A DNA stretch of 64,000 nucleotides, from assembly GCF_008831285.2 (NCBI RefSeq), contig NC_045138.2, forward strand, positions 31,248,001 to 31,312,000, written 5' to 3'. The DNA comes from Nymphaea colorata (Eukaryota). The notes beneath the pieces are model-generated. The model made no database searches. It was not told the DNA's origin and saw nothing but the letters and a program-made list of their open reading frames with translations. A program made the translations under genes and the position numbers. Below, piece by piece: positions 1-11,992 of the stretch (its first letter is position 1; each line of letters starts with the position of its first letter).

Positions 1-994
1 CATGTCATCATAAATATTGGAAAACAGATTAATTTCTAGGAGATAAACTATAGGATGTTCATGAGACTCGATTGAGTGTGATGGATGTTCTAGACAGGGA
101 AGAACACAAAGCCCGCACACTTGTACAAGGGCTTGGGAAACAGATATCTGAACCTGGGTTTTCCTTGAACTGCACCAAGATAATTAATTAAGTAGCTGCA
201 TTACGCCATCTATATAGATGTTTGTTGCTAAAGAATGGGATTGTTTGACGCAGCGCCAAGGACTCCAGACAAACGCACCAATTGATCATGAAGACGATGA
301 TGAGGAGGCGTTGGATCAGGGTGGTTCATGTACAGTGGTCGTCGTGTTTCCTTACAGAAACATGCAGCTTGTGTTTATCCTACTTTTTTCTCTTCTTTTC
401 CATCTCATAAAGGTCGATGTTACGAATCATCAGTGAAGTTGGTTCTGGTGTAATCAAGTGAAATTTGCTTACTGCATTTTAATTGTTCCAATCAGATGAT
501 TTTCTTTGTGCACAACAAATGGTTGCATGATAACTAAGTAAGGTTCAAGTAGTAATCATCGCCTTTGTTGGATTGCTGTTGTGGATCATATCGGACTGAC
601 CTTGCTAAAAAAATATAGTTGCTGACAAAAATTTTGAAGTTTTGCTCTTTTTTTTTTTAGTTATTTTAACTTGATAAATATTTGAATTTTGTTTAATAGC
701 AGATAATAGGAAATTAATAGCCGATACAGACCGATGCATATCTGCTGAGCTGGGCCGTTTCGCCTGATATTGACAGCATTTACCACATTAGTGGGAGGGA
801 AATACAACCAAAACAAAGAACAGAAAGAAAAGATATTTACATTATCTGAACTTGTTCTGTTCGGTTGAGATTAGTGATGGGTCATATGGGTTTTATGTTT
901 CCCAATTGTCAAAAATTATGCTTGAGCCTACTTCTATTAAGAATTCCACTCTTTTTAGGCTAAAAAGGTTGTACTCTGTTCCACCACGGAAAAA

Positions 995-1450
995 CATCAT
1001 TCTCTGGTTTTTATCAGCAAGGTTTTATTTCCAGGTATTTTTCAGCAAAGTTGTTTTTTTCAAAAAAAAATCTCGGGAAAATCTTGAAGATTCTTAGAAA
1101 AAAATTAAAAAAATCAAAATATTAGGTTGAAATACAATAATAAAGAAAACTTTTGCAATAATAAGAAACTAATAAGAAGACATAAAAAAAACATCTACTT
1201 AAAATGATAAAAATGAAACAATGAGAACAATGAAAACAATGAAATAAAACAAGAAGAAATAAAACAATGAAACAAAAGTTGAAAATTGAACAAGAAAATG
1301 AAATTAAAAATGAATGAAAAATCGCTAAAAAATAGCAACAAGTTTATTATTTTAACTTTTCTTTAAAAACTCATTATTTTTTTCTTTTTTTCAATATTGC
1401 GGTATTTTTTAAAATATTGCAATATTTGTGGCTATACTTTTAACAGGATC
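995..1450 (+). mobile_element. AT-rich MITE-like repeat with a related inverted copy in FATB intron 2 (about 34160-34570)
   Basis: AACTAATAAGAAGACATAAAA (about 1167-1187) is the reverse complement of TTTTATGTCTTCTTATTAGTT (about 34404-34424), and the flanking blocks also correspond. Boundaries are approximate. Confidence 0.55.
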
Positions 1451-1976
1451 TCAATCCATATTTTCCTTTCAAATTCATTTGCAGAAACTTATACATATCC
1501 ATCAAGAGATCTAGAAAAATGACTTTGAGTAAGCAAAAAGTTGGCTTTTTATTGAAACTTTCAATTTTGTCAACTGCGTTAAGTGTTCAACCGCCGCTGA
1601 TCAATCAGAAAGATTGAAGTGTCCCTTTAGGGGAAGGTAACTGAATGTGATCCGAGCCATAGCCCCATAAAAGGGGAGACAACATGGAAGGTGAAGATAT
1701 TATTGATGCCTACCAAGATGCCAAACATTGAACTTTGCTACGACTTTGAATAAGTAAGAAGCCAAAACTCTTAAAGAAGGAGCAATCAATTTGTTGGTTC
1801 TCTGTTTGAAGACCAATTTTTCATTCACATGGGGCCATTGAATTTGGTAACTTGTATGTGCTACCCTTTGCAGCCGTATTTTGCATCTTAAAGTGTAGTA
1901 AGATATAAAGTGTAAGTAGAAATTAATATATAAAGTGATGATTTCTCTTCTTTTTTTGGCTACCCTCTGCTCCGCG

Positions 1977-2424
1977 CACTATTCGGTGAAACAATTATTA
2001 CTGACGTCCAGGAAGGAAAAACTCGTTGATGAATGAACTTGTACAACACATAAACCAAATGTCGATAATGTATAGCCGGAAAATACTTACACCGACGACA
2101 TGCTTAGCAAGTGTCCGTGAAAATTTATTTTTGTGGACGTACTTTTCCGGATGTTGGTAATGTGTCGCTTACTTACATCGACGCAAGGCTTTTGTAGGTG
2201 AAAAGTATATTTTTACTGACGTCCAACTTCCGGCTGTAGGTAAAAATTGGAATTTCAACGACATGTATGCTGCACGGGTTGGCAAAGGTCGATGTTCATT
2301 GACGTCTGGAGGTGGACATCGGTGAAAGTCAATCTTCAGCGACACCACCTCCTGGACGTCAGTAAAAATGGAGTTGCACTGACAGCTACTTTTCCACGCG
2401 TTCATGAATCTTTTTTTTTTAGTG
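1977..2424. mobile_element. Non-autonomous CACTA derivative (degenerate)
   Basis: Starts CACTA at 1977 and ends TTTTTTTTTTAGTG at 2424. Interior is full of ACYGACG/CGTCRGT subterminal-type repeats and resembles the element at 48201-48754. The 3-bp flanks do not match, so the left end may be truncated. Confidence 0.6.
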
Positions 2425-3361
2425 GATCAAAAGCGTATACGTGATTCATCTTTGAAATTTTTGCTCCCATTACCCTGTAATTTTTCAATTTGATATATTT
2501 TCCTAATTAAACTTCCGGTTTATGTTGGTGATAGGCGGTCCTTTCCTTTAGTTCAATTCATGATACACATCCAACTCAATAAGTTGTGGTAAAGATCTTC
2601 ATGAGAAACGAATAAAACTATAATATTTGCATGAAACCAATTGTCAAAAGGCAACTTTATCTCGTTTAAATCTCCAATCATGCTTTGATATATAGTGCAT
2701 ATTGGTGTCAAATTTTTTTTCCTACTTATATTGAACAGTTGGTATCTGAGGATCTGGCTGGCTAAGATAAACTTTAGACTGCCCTTTGAATAAATCTTTC
2801 ATTTCAAACCAAAAAAGAGAGAAAATCCTAATATCTAATGTTGATATGTAGCTATAATTTTGTGTTCTTAGATGTCTTCATTTGCTCTTCGAACTGAGAA
2901 ATTGCTTGTTGACTCATGGGGTCAGGATCACTTTTTATGTACCCAAATCATTTATATACCCTCTTTAGTTTTTAGATGTTTAATCAATAATCGAAAGAAA
3001 TTAAACATCCCTATATATGTATGTTAGCTGATGGGCGAGAGCATGCAGTACTGGTAAGTGCATGTATAAATGGTATCTCACTCTCTGAAATATACACCAA
3101 GTCATTTCCTCAAGATCAATATATTAAGAAGAAAGAAAACAGAAAAGTTTTCTTGGCCTGGTCAGAAAAAATAAAATACAAACCAGTCAAGTTAATTACA
3201 ACTCTGCAATATTACTTTGTCTTGCATTTCTCCTATGATAAATCAAACTCCTGTATACATAATTGAACACGGTATATATGTTTCGGAGCAGTTCTGCTCT
3301 TGCTCCACCTGTTATTCGACACTGTGTGTGTATCTATATGTAATATAGGGAGAGGGAGAGA

Positions 3362-4489
3362 TCAGTTTGAGGACAATTTTCTCTTCTTTCTGGGCTCCTC
3401 AAAGCCTGTGCTCATATTGATCGCCTCGGTTCTTCTCATAATCCTGAGCCTTTTGCATGACTCCACAAACATCCTGCAAAGATTAATATTTTATCATTAG
3501 AATTGATCATTTAATCAACTGATAAACTATACGTGGGAAAGTTATTATTATACAGGAATGAAACTATTTCTAACATGTGATGTAACTCTGTTCTAGACGA
3601 TCAGACGGTCCCTGGTATTTGGATCTTAAGGCCTTCCTACAATGAATAGATCTGGATATGTGCAGCCAATAGATCTGGTACTGCAAGTACCCAGATCAAA
3701 GTGGATATCCCCAGAAACAATCTCCCCGTCCAGATCTATAGTTTTATATGCAAAACATACCAAATTTTCCAAATCCAGATCCATTTTTCTGATCCCTGGT
3801 TCTATCAAAGCACATATACTAGAGAAAGGACCCCAGTTTTCTTTATTTGTTTGAATAATTTTGAAAAATTGAGGAACAAAAGTGGGGTATATTTCGATAC
3901 TTACTCAAAGGGAACGTCTCCAACCAGCATCCAATCTCCGTCTTTATCTTCATATGCGGTGATGTACTCTGAGTTACTGCAACCTTCCCCTGCAATTATC
4001 CATGGAGCAAACCCATATGTCAGTGCCCAGTTGCTATTTAAGACCATCAAAGATTGCAGAGAAGAAGACCGGAAGTTTCGCCGTGCCGGCGACCGGCCGG
4101 GGCCGCTTACCGAGAGCAAGGTTGGAAAACATGGTGGCAAACACGCGGGAGAGGTCGGAGTATCCCTTGTAGGCCTTGAGGTGCATCTTCCTTAGGAACG
4201 GAACACCGTCCATGCTCACCTTGACGTACACCTCCGACCTCTCCTCCTCGCTCCTGCCCTTGAAGCTGACCATCCTGTAAGAGCAGACGGGCGGCCACCC
4301 TACCACCTTCTGATCGTCACCGCCCTTGATCTCCTCCGTCCTCGCGCTGACTTCCTCTTCCTCCCCTTCTCCGGCGGCCGTGAAACCGACTCTCTTCCTC
4401 TTAGGGGACGACTGTGGCGTGGGATCGGAACCCGGCAGGCCCAGCCTCAGCTCGGTGATCATCTCCAACTCTGCGCCTTGGCCTTCCAT
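3362..4489 (-). CDS. IAA: Aux/IAA auxin-responsive transcriptional repressor (IAA5/6/19-like), about 191 aa
   Basis: Exons (minus) 4489-4111, 3989-3905 and 3473-3362 join in frame across GT-AG introns (576 nt). Domain [12 protein letters not shown] motif, domain II degron [13 protein letters not shown]1 domain (YVKVSMDG...[28 protein letters not shown]), C-terminal PRKKRK. Confidence 0.95.
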
Positions 4490-4595
4490 CTCAATCTCTT
4501 CTGACGGAAACTCTTTCAACTTCTTGGCTCTGAATTTTCTGTGCTATTGTCTTGGGAACAGATGAAACTTGAGTTGGGGCCTTCCTTTCCAACGC

Positions 4596-4810
4596 CTGGT
4601 TTTAATACCCCCTGTGTGGAAGGTGAGGACCCACGAGGAGGGAACAAAGCGGTAGGCCGAACCAGGGAGACGGTCGGTCACATGAGGGACAACCGGGTAG
4701 GCGTGTGGGTCCGCGGGGTTTAAGTAATAGCAGACATCTGTGGTACCGGAGTTTTTAGGGTTTTTCCATCCCAAGCCACTGGCCATGGCAGGAGACACAG
4801 CCCATGTGCC
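4596..4810 (-). promoter_or_regulatory. Auxin-responsive promoter of the Aux/IAA gene
   Basis: Minus-strand TATTAAAA at about 4599-4607; TGTCCC (4686-4691) next to CACATG/CATGTG (4679-4684); TGTCTG (4731-4736); TGTCTC (4792-4797) 5 nt from CACATG (4803-4808). Confidence 0.6.
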
Positions 4811-6574
4811 TTGATTCTGATTTTTCTTTCCTTTTTATTTTCCTTTTTCTCTCTTTTTCATTAACTTTTTTTTTTATTGCATGGCCGGCCATGGGGAACC
4901 ATGCACGTATCATGTCATGCATTACATGCACCATCTTCACATGTATATGTATTTTTGTCTGTGCCTGGCTAAGTAAATTCTACATAATCGAATGCCAAGT
5001 GTGTCTTATGTTGCGAGAACACAACTATCGCACTACCACCCAGATGAAAGCCGAAGCTTTTCTCTTTTTTAATCTACCAAAAGAATGTCAAAATAACTTC
5101 ATTTCAATACAAGATTCTACCACCACCATAATAGTGCCCGTGGACGGTGGCAGAGCTAAAAATTTCAAATTAGATGAGAGGCACTAGTAATGCATCAAAA
5201 ACTTTTAAAAAACATCTCATATGTAAATAATGAAATACTATGAGGTACCAATGTAAAAACAAGCAAATTCATGTGGGCTAGTGCCCACATCAACCCATAC
5301 ATGTCTCCCCCAGAATCGAACTAGCGAACCTGCCTTTACTTGCCACCAGCTATACAATGCTCCTTCCTTTTTGAGGCAATGTCATTCAGTTGGTAGTTGA
5401 CGAGAGAGATTCACACGTTATATAGGCACTCCAACTGCTCCTTTTAATACATAAAGCCTCACTTAAACATGTTAACGTGACGAAATACGACAGTGACCAA
5501 ACATGGTTTAGGTTGAATATTAAAATTTAATCTTGTGGCACGCCAAATTTTTCAAGCAACATACGTGCACGGGTCCTAGTCTTACTTTTACTTAGTTTGT
5601 ATACATACTGTTTGCATTCATTAAATCGTGATTGCATAGAGAAGTTGCAGGCTCTAATTAAAAGGTGAATCCGTCTAGTGATCTAAGGTTTAAAATGTTG
5701 ATGATTTGCCTAACTAATGTTTAATGTTCTGGTTCTAGAAATATTTGATAAAAATCTATATGATTATAAAGTGCTTAATATATAAGCTTTTGGCAGTCAA
5801 AATCACACGTTAAAATGCCAAATAAATGCTTCCCGAGATCTTGTCGATAAACAGTGGGGTTCGTATTGATGATGTGATGGAGAAAGTGGTACAGATGCTT
5901 GTAGCCGAGTGGCCCCGTGTGCTGTGGAGTCAAAAACATCTTTTTTTCGCCTAGTTTGACCCAGAGCTGCCCTTCATGGACCATAAATTTAGACCCTTCA
6001 TCGAAGTCATCATTCTAGAATCGCAACATCATGATATTAAGAAAAATCCTTGTTCCTTTTGAAACTCTTTAGGGTTCCCTTAGACTTCAACCTAGTTTTA
6101 GCTTATAACTCCAAGTAAAGTTTTCTTCTCGACGCTAAGTAAAGTTATTTTTTTAATTAACTTTAATTTAACTATTAAATTTGTTTATCTGTTGGTCGTT
6201 TGATAGCAGAGACACTGTGAGAGTGTTTAATATATTAGTGGGATACCCTCGTAATGTCTTTGATGTTAAACTACCTCATAGTGTTCTATATAACATATAT
6301 ATACGAGTAATTCTTTGACATGTTTGCCTGCTAGTGTACCCACAATTCAAGTAATGATCTACGTCGCTATGGTACAACATTAGGTGCTCTTTCAACATTA
6401 ATGATGATATTAATTTGTATGCCATGGATTACTACTCCGTGTCATAAAATACATGCACCGATTAACATGCAAAACCAATTAAATTTTAGGTCGACGGCGA
6501 GGTGACCGTCAATGTGTGAAACATGCATAAGATGTAGGCGGTTGTTATGTAGTCATGCTTATGTTTCATCTTAA

Positions 6575-7070
6575 GAGGTCGTTTGGAAAGAGTGACATCT
6601 TGTTATTGTTTCATAGATCTATCCCCCCAAAATTGGTTAGATTCATTTCACACTTTGGAAAGTGTTTCATGAATCTGCCTTACTTTTTAACACAAATGCA
6701 TGGAACCGTAACACACTGTTACGATTCTCAAACAACTCCTAATGACCTATTTGACAACCAGAACAAGCTATTATTGTTTCATAAATCTGTCTCAAATGTT
6801 AGGATGGATTTATAAAACACTATGTTATCTTGATCCGTAAATCTATCTAAATTTTTTAGGGTAGATTTATGCAATAGTAATAACTTGTTACTGTTATGAA
6901 ACATGCTCTAAAGGGTGGTTTGGCAGCAGTAGGAACACTTTATGTATATTTCATGAACTTGATCTAAAATGGAGACATATTCATATAACACATATTCTAT
7001 TGTGTTCTAATCTTTGAAACACATTCATGAAATATTTACATAATGTTTGTTCTTACTGTCAAACGACTTC
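6575..7070. mobile_element. Three adjacent Tourist/PIF-Harbinger-type MITEs of about 160-166 bp each
   Basis: TAA|GAGGTCGTTTGG..CAAACAACTCC|TAA|TGACCTATTTGA..GAAACATGCTC|TAA|AGGGTGGTTTGG..CAAACGACTTC|TAA. Units are 6575-6739, 6743-6908 and 6912-7070. Confidence 0.7.
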
Positions 7071-8425
7071 TAAGGAGCGGGCAACCAATCTTTGTATCTC
7101 ATCTTCATTTCTGATGCATGCAACACCGCTTTCAATCCCAACTGGATAGTCTTTTGGGCCTCCTTTTCTCAATTAATATCGGTCCAACGTCCGGCTAATG
7201 GTGTTGGGTTATTTGTGGCAAGTAACCTACACACGAGCTGGCCGCCATTAATGAATTGCCGAGAGTTTCACATGCGTGGTCTGGTATACATCCATGCATG
7301 CATCATGTTCGTCATGTCCTCATCTGGCATGTTCGTGGAAGGGATGATAAAGTTCATATCAAGCAATTCTCTATGGGTACAAGCTTTTATATCATGCATA
7401 AGCTTGATCTCCGTTTTTATGGTAAACATCCATCACTCCATGTGCGTCAAAGCTGAACTGTAATTTTGATACAGTTAGACATAATTAAGAGAGGTTAACA
7501 TATTATAAAATTTATTAAAAGATCTTGAAAATTTGATGTACATAGGTTAGATTTTATGAGCCGAGAAATCTAAAACCTTACAAAAAATTTAAACTTCATA
7601 CATTTAATTTGCATCTTTTTCTCCCCTAATGAATCTATGATTGCCGGTTCAACCGTTCTTAGTCGCTTCTCCACCAAAAAAGAAAACAAATCTTGTTTCA
7701 TAATTGTTTCATCAAGATAGCTCAGGTTGCGGTGACAGAGACCGTCGATCAATTAAACAAAAAAGAAAGCCCACCAGCGCAAGAGACATATGCACGAGAC
7801 AGATTCCTTCAGCAAGACTCCGCCGTCGGATGCTTCTCTCTCAGATCCCTTCCTCTCTCCCATGGTTCCCCAAACAGGAAACAATTGTAAGGATGAAGTC
7901 TCCACTTGTTCATGGGCATGTTATAACCAGTCTCCAATTGTTCGAATTTATATAAAAACTTCAAAAATATATATGTGTGTGTTGGGTAGAGTTCTTTGTT
8001 TAGGTTTAAATACATATGCTCAATACAATATAGTTGTGATTAGACGAAGCTCTAAATAAATCTTATAAGTCACATGCCAGACATTATTGGATGACAATAA
8101 TAAAAAACTTGTCGTTAAAGAATAAGTCGGTACAAGAGCTTAATGACGATTTATAGTGGAATGCCTTTAACAATGGTTTGTGATACTTCTTGTAATGGAT
8201 TTGTAGTTTTTAGTTATCCATCAACATCGAGAATCTAAGATACATGATTCTTTTATATACAAGATTATTGAATCATGTCGGATGTTAGATGCTGTTAGAT
8301 GGCTAACATTTAAACTTTTTTAACCAAAACTGACATTATATTAGTATTACGTAGTAACGGATGCCACGACGATTTCTGGTGGCTTTAGTAATAATTATTT
8401 TTAGTTATGCATTTTTAGAGTTTAA

Positions 8426-8814
8426 TAAGGATGTCAATATATCTAATTTGGATCAGATATCCGGAGTTGTTTTGAAAATATCGGATATGCAAAAGAATAA
8501 TATTCAGTTAAGAAATTGGATTGGATTTGAATTTAAGAAACGATATCTGATCGGATTTGAATGTGTATAAATATCCACTCAGATTCGGATCGAATTTATA
8601 TTTACATAAATATCTTAATTTAATCCTTCTACATTTTGAAAATCAGCCAAATTCGGTTCAAAATTCGGATTTGAATTTAAAAATATAAATATCAGATTTT
8701 TGAACTGGGATATAACTTTTCTTTTTTCATAATCCAATTTGAACATATGAATATCTGGAAAAACAGATACAATTAAGCTATACTCGATTTAAATACAGTC
8801 TATTAACATCTCTA
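8426..8814. mobile_element. hAT-type MITE (TAGGGATGTCAA-like TIR)
   Basis: TAAGGATGTCAA...TTAACATCTCTA; 8-bp flanks GAGTTTAA / GATTTTAA; GGATTT/ATCCG-rich interior. Confidence 0.75.
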
Positions 8815-8854
8815 GATTTTAACTATCTAACACTAACAGCAATCTGCCAGCATA

Positions 8855-8987
<133 letters not shown>

Positions 8988-9845
8988 TGATCAGGCACGC
9001 TCCTGCGCCAGCAGCAATGGATTTGATGTGTTCCACCTCGATTTCCTCCCACTACAACTCCAATACAGCCCACCACGCGGTGGGCACTGCATTGGCTGTC
9101 ATCAACCGCGTAACAGCAAGCAATTAAGCACTTTTAAAACTGGGAAGGACCAGTAAAGAATAACTCCATGGTAGTCCGGACCGCCATTGTTGATTTCGAG
9201 AGGTTGAAAGGATGTTGGTGGATCCGATGCGGCCACGAAGCGAATGCCCCACAAGCAAGCAATGCATTCGAATTCGAGTCCTTGCTTGGACAGGGTACTG
9301 TGCCTCGGGTCGTCTGTCCCCCCACCATGCCTTCCTGTCCCTGAAACTTGAGTCATCAGCAAAGATTTTGTGCTGTCAAAGGGGCTTTCATGGTGGGGGA
9401 GGCGACAGCTCTTGAAGATCATGATCATAATACGCGTGCTGTCCATTTGCAAGGAACTTTCTTCTTTTATCATCTTTTATTTTTCACTTTGTTTTTGCTT
9501 TAAGGATCCGTTTTTCTCTTTTTTGCTTTTATTTTGTTTTGAATGTCATCTTTCAAGTTTTTCAACTCCAATGTCATCTTTCAAGTTGAATCTCGTCTTT
9601 CAAGTTGGTCACCATCTTCCAAATGGAGTGGACAGGGAGCTTTCCCTTTTAACAAGTTGCATCCATCGCATCTGCTTTTAAAATTCATTTTTAAGTGATT
9701 TAAATGATAAAACAAAAGCATATAAAAAAGGAAAAGTTTTTGCTATATATATATATTAATGCTCAAATAGTGGAAACCATAGTTGGCGTAAAACCTTTTA
9801 TGCCCTATTTTTATGTTTTTAAAGTTTTGACTGTACAACAAATCA

Positions 9846-10242
9846 ATGCACTCAAGCTGGATTCAAACTCACTTTCAAAACTAGTGTTGAATTAGATTCG
9901 TTTATAAAGGAGTCGAGCTTGAGCTCAAATGTATGCTCAAAATGTTAAACGAGTTCAGTTCCAATTGTAAGACTCGATTCATTTAAACTCGACTCGACTA
10001 CATATGAATACTAAAATATAATGAGAGAATAGTTAAACAAATAGCAACTAAGCGAGTTAAAGGAAACAAGATATGCTTAATATAAACGAGTTAAACTAGT
10101 CAAACTCAATACTATATTGTCGATTGGAGCTCGGGCATGTTCTATAGAACTTGAATCGAGCTTGACCCGAGTTCAGGCCAGAGTTTTTCTAGTTGAGTCA
10201 AGTTCGAGCTGGCCCATCTCCACTCGCTTGTGTGCAGCCTTA
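9846..10242. mobile_element. hAT-type MITE rich in TCGAGC/AAACGAG motifs (left end degraded)
   Basis: Repeated GAGCTCG/ACTCGA motifs and right end GTGCAGCCTTA; resembles 57668-58055. Confidence 0.55.
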
Positions 10243-11887
10243 TTCGGGAGCATGGGTGAACCTACATATGATACATCTTTCCATGCAAATGTTATCCTTA
10301 CCACCATGCCCAAATGAGTAACACACCAAAGTGATAGCAACTACAAGATTCAAACCTTGAGTGTGAGCTGCCTTGTTGCTTAATTACACTACACCAAAAA
10401 TTTTTCTTTTATTAACCCTAGTTTCATGTAGTTTAAGAGTTTTGTCGAACACTTTTCAAATTTTTTCTTGTAAAGCAAGAAACTATCAATATTGCTTGGT
10501 ATATCGATCAACTTATCAATGCTTTACGGACTTACTAATATTTAATAAATTTGCACAACTTAGACAAGTATATATCCGGAAAAGAACCGCCATCATTGAC
10601 TATAATATGCAGCCTTGAGTCAATTATAGATTAAAATTTTCAGCCTACGAGACAGATCTCTTCTGTTATTTTCTCCTTCCATAAGCAAAGTCACCTTCGT
10701 CTCTTCTCTTTTGTTCTTGGAATATATGCTCTCACTGCGAAGGCATTACTCATTCATTGCAAACACCTAAAAAATAAAACCCACCATCCTTAGCTAGCTA
10801 TATATAATACATAAATAATGTATAATTGACGGTATACAATAACAACTTTGGCTTAACAAAACGTTACTCCATTATCAGCATTAAACAAAGCCTCACCGTC
10901 TCTTTGCTTATGTGATTAGGAGATATATTGACCTTTTTTTTTTTTAATTTGATTCGTTAGATCGCGGCCCATCCATGAACATCATTAAAGAAGAGCCCAT
11001 CTATTTGAGATAGACGATTTTAATAATTAAATATGCACTTGGTCAATTAAGCATTGTTTGCGGCACTTAATCGAGCCTAACAACAAATTAGAACTGACTA
11101 CTATAAGATTTCAATATTTAATGAGCACCTATATGTAAATGAAGAAAAAGTTTCAATATGAAAATAGACACTTTCTATGGGTTTGTGTGGGCAGTTGCCC
11201 ACACCTACCTCCACCCCTAATGCTATGATACAAATATTTCAGTGATTCAGTAAATCATATATGGATCTGATCTAATTCCTAATTGATGGATTGTTGTAAT
11301 ATGGTAAGAGTATTTAGGGTTTTGTTTAAACAACACCGAATCAAGTTTTAAATTTAAAATTTAGTAACTGGGATGTGATTATAGATTTCAAAACAACGAA
11401 TTGAAAATCCTCATTAGGTTATGAGTCTCAAGTTAAAGCAAGGGGATGGGCACCTTGAGGATCAGGGGGTTCCTACTCTATGTTTATGAATTTTAAACTG
11501 CAAATATTACACATTTGTTATGTAATGGATTGGCCTTTCAAATCAAAAGGTTTCATATCTTTATTAGAAGCTAAAATCTACTTTAAAATCTTAAATTATA
11601 ATACCTTGAATCGTCGGATCTTAAGAAACGAGATAATCAAGCATACCCTAATCTATAGGCTACACATACTGTTTCAACTAAATTGAACTCCCAAGCGATG
11701 AATCATATATAGTTTTGGTTCTTTCAACCAACCACTGATTATATGGTGAAAAAGATAAAAGATACATTCAAACCACTACATCGGCCCATTTTTCGTGTTT
11801 GTTTAGAGGCCTTTTGTCCTTCAACGAAAAGTTTTTTTTTTCTTTATTCCCAATTGGTATAATCAAGGAAAGGGAGCTGGTACAGTA

Positions 11888-11992
11888 TTTATTTCGAATT
11901 TTCATAGCATCAACTTGTTATGTTTATTTCGAATTTTCATAGCATCAACTTGTTATGTTTATTTCGAATTTTTGTAGCATCAACTTGTTATG
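11888..11992. repeat. 35-bp tandem repeat, three copies
   Basis: TTTATTTCGAATTTTCATAGCATCAACTTGTTATG at 11888, 11923 and 11958; the third copy has 2 substitutions. Confidence 0.95.

Noticed and set aside
218..436. ORF with an acidic stretch at the window start
   Set aside because: No recognisable domain; possibly a transposase tail, but not supportable.
3701..4195. 164-aa plus-strand ORF overlapping the Aux/IAA gene
   Set aside because: Antisense shadow of the IAA exons and intron with no protein-family features.
11888..11992. CRISPR-like 35-bp repeats
   Set aside because: The copies are contiguous with no spacers, there are no cas genes, and the context is eukaryotic.
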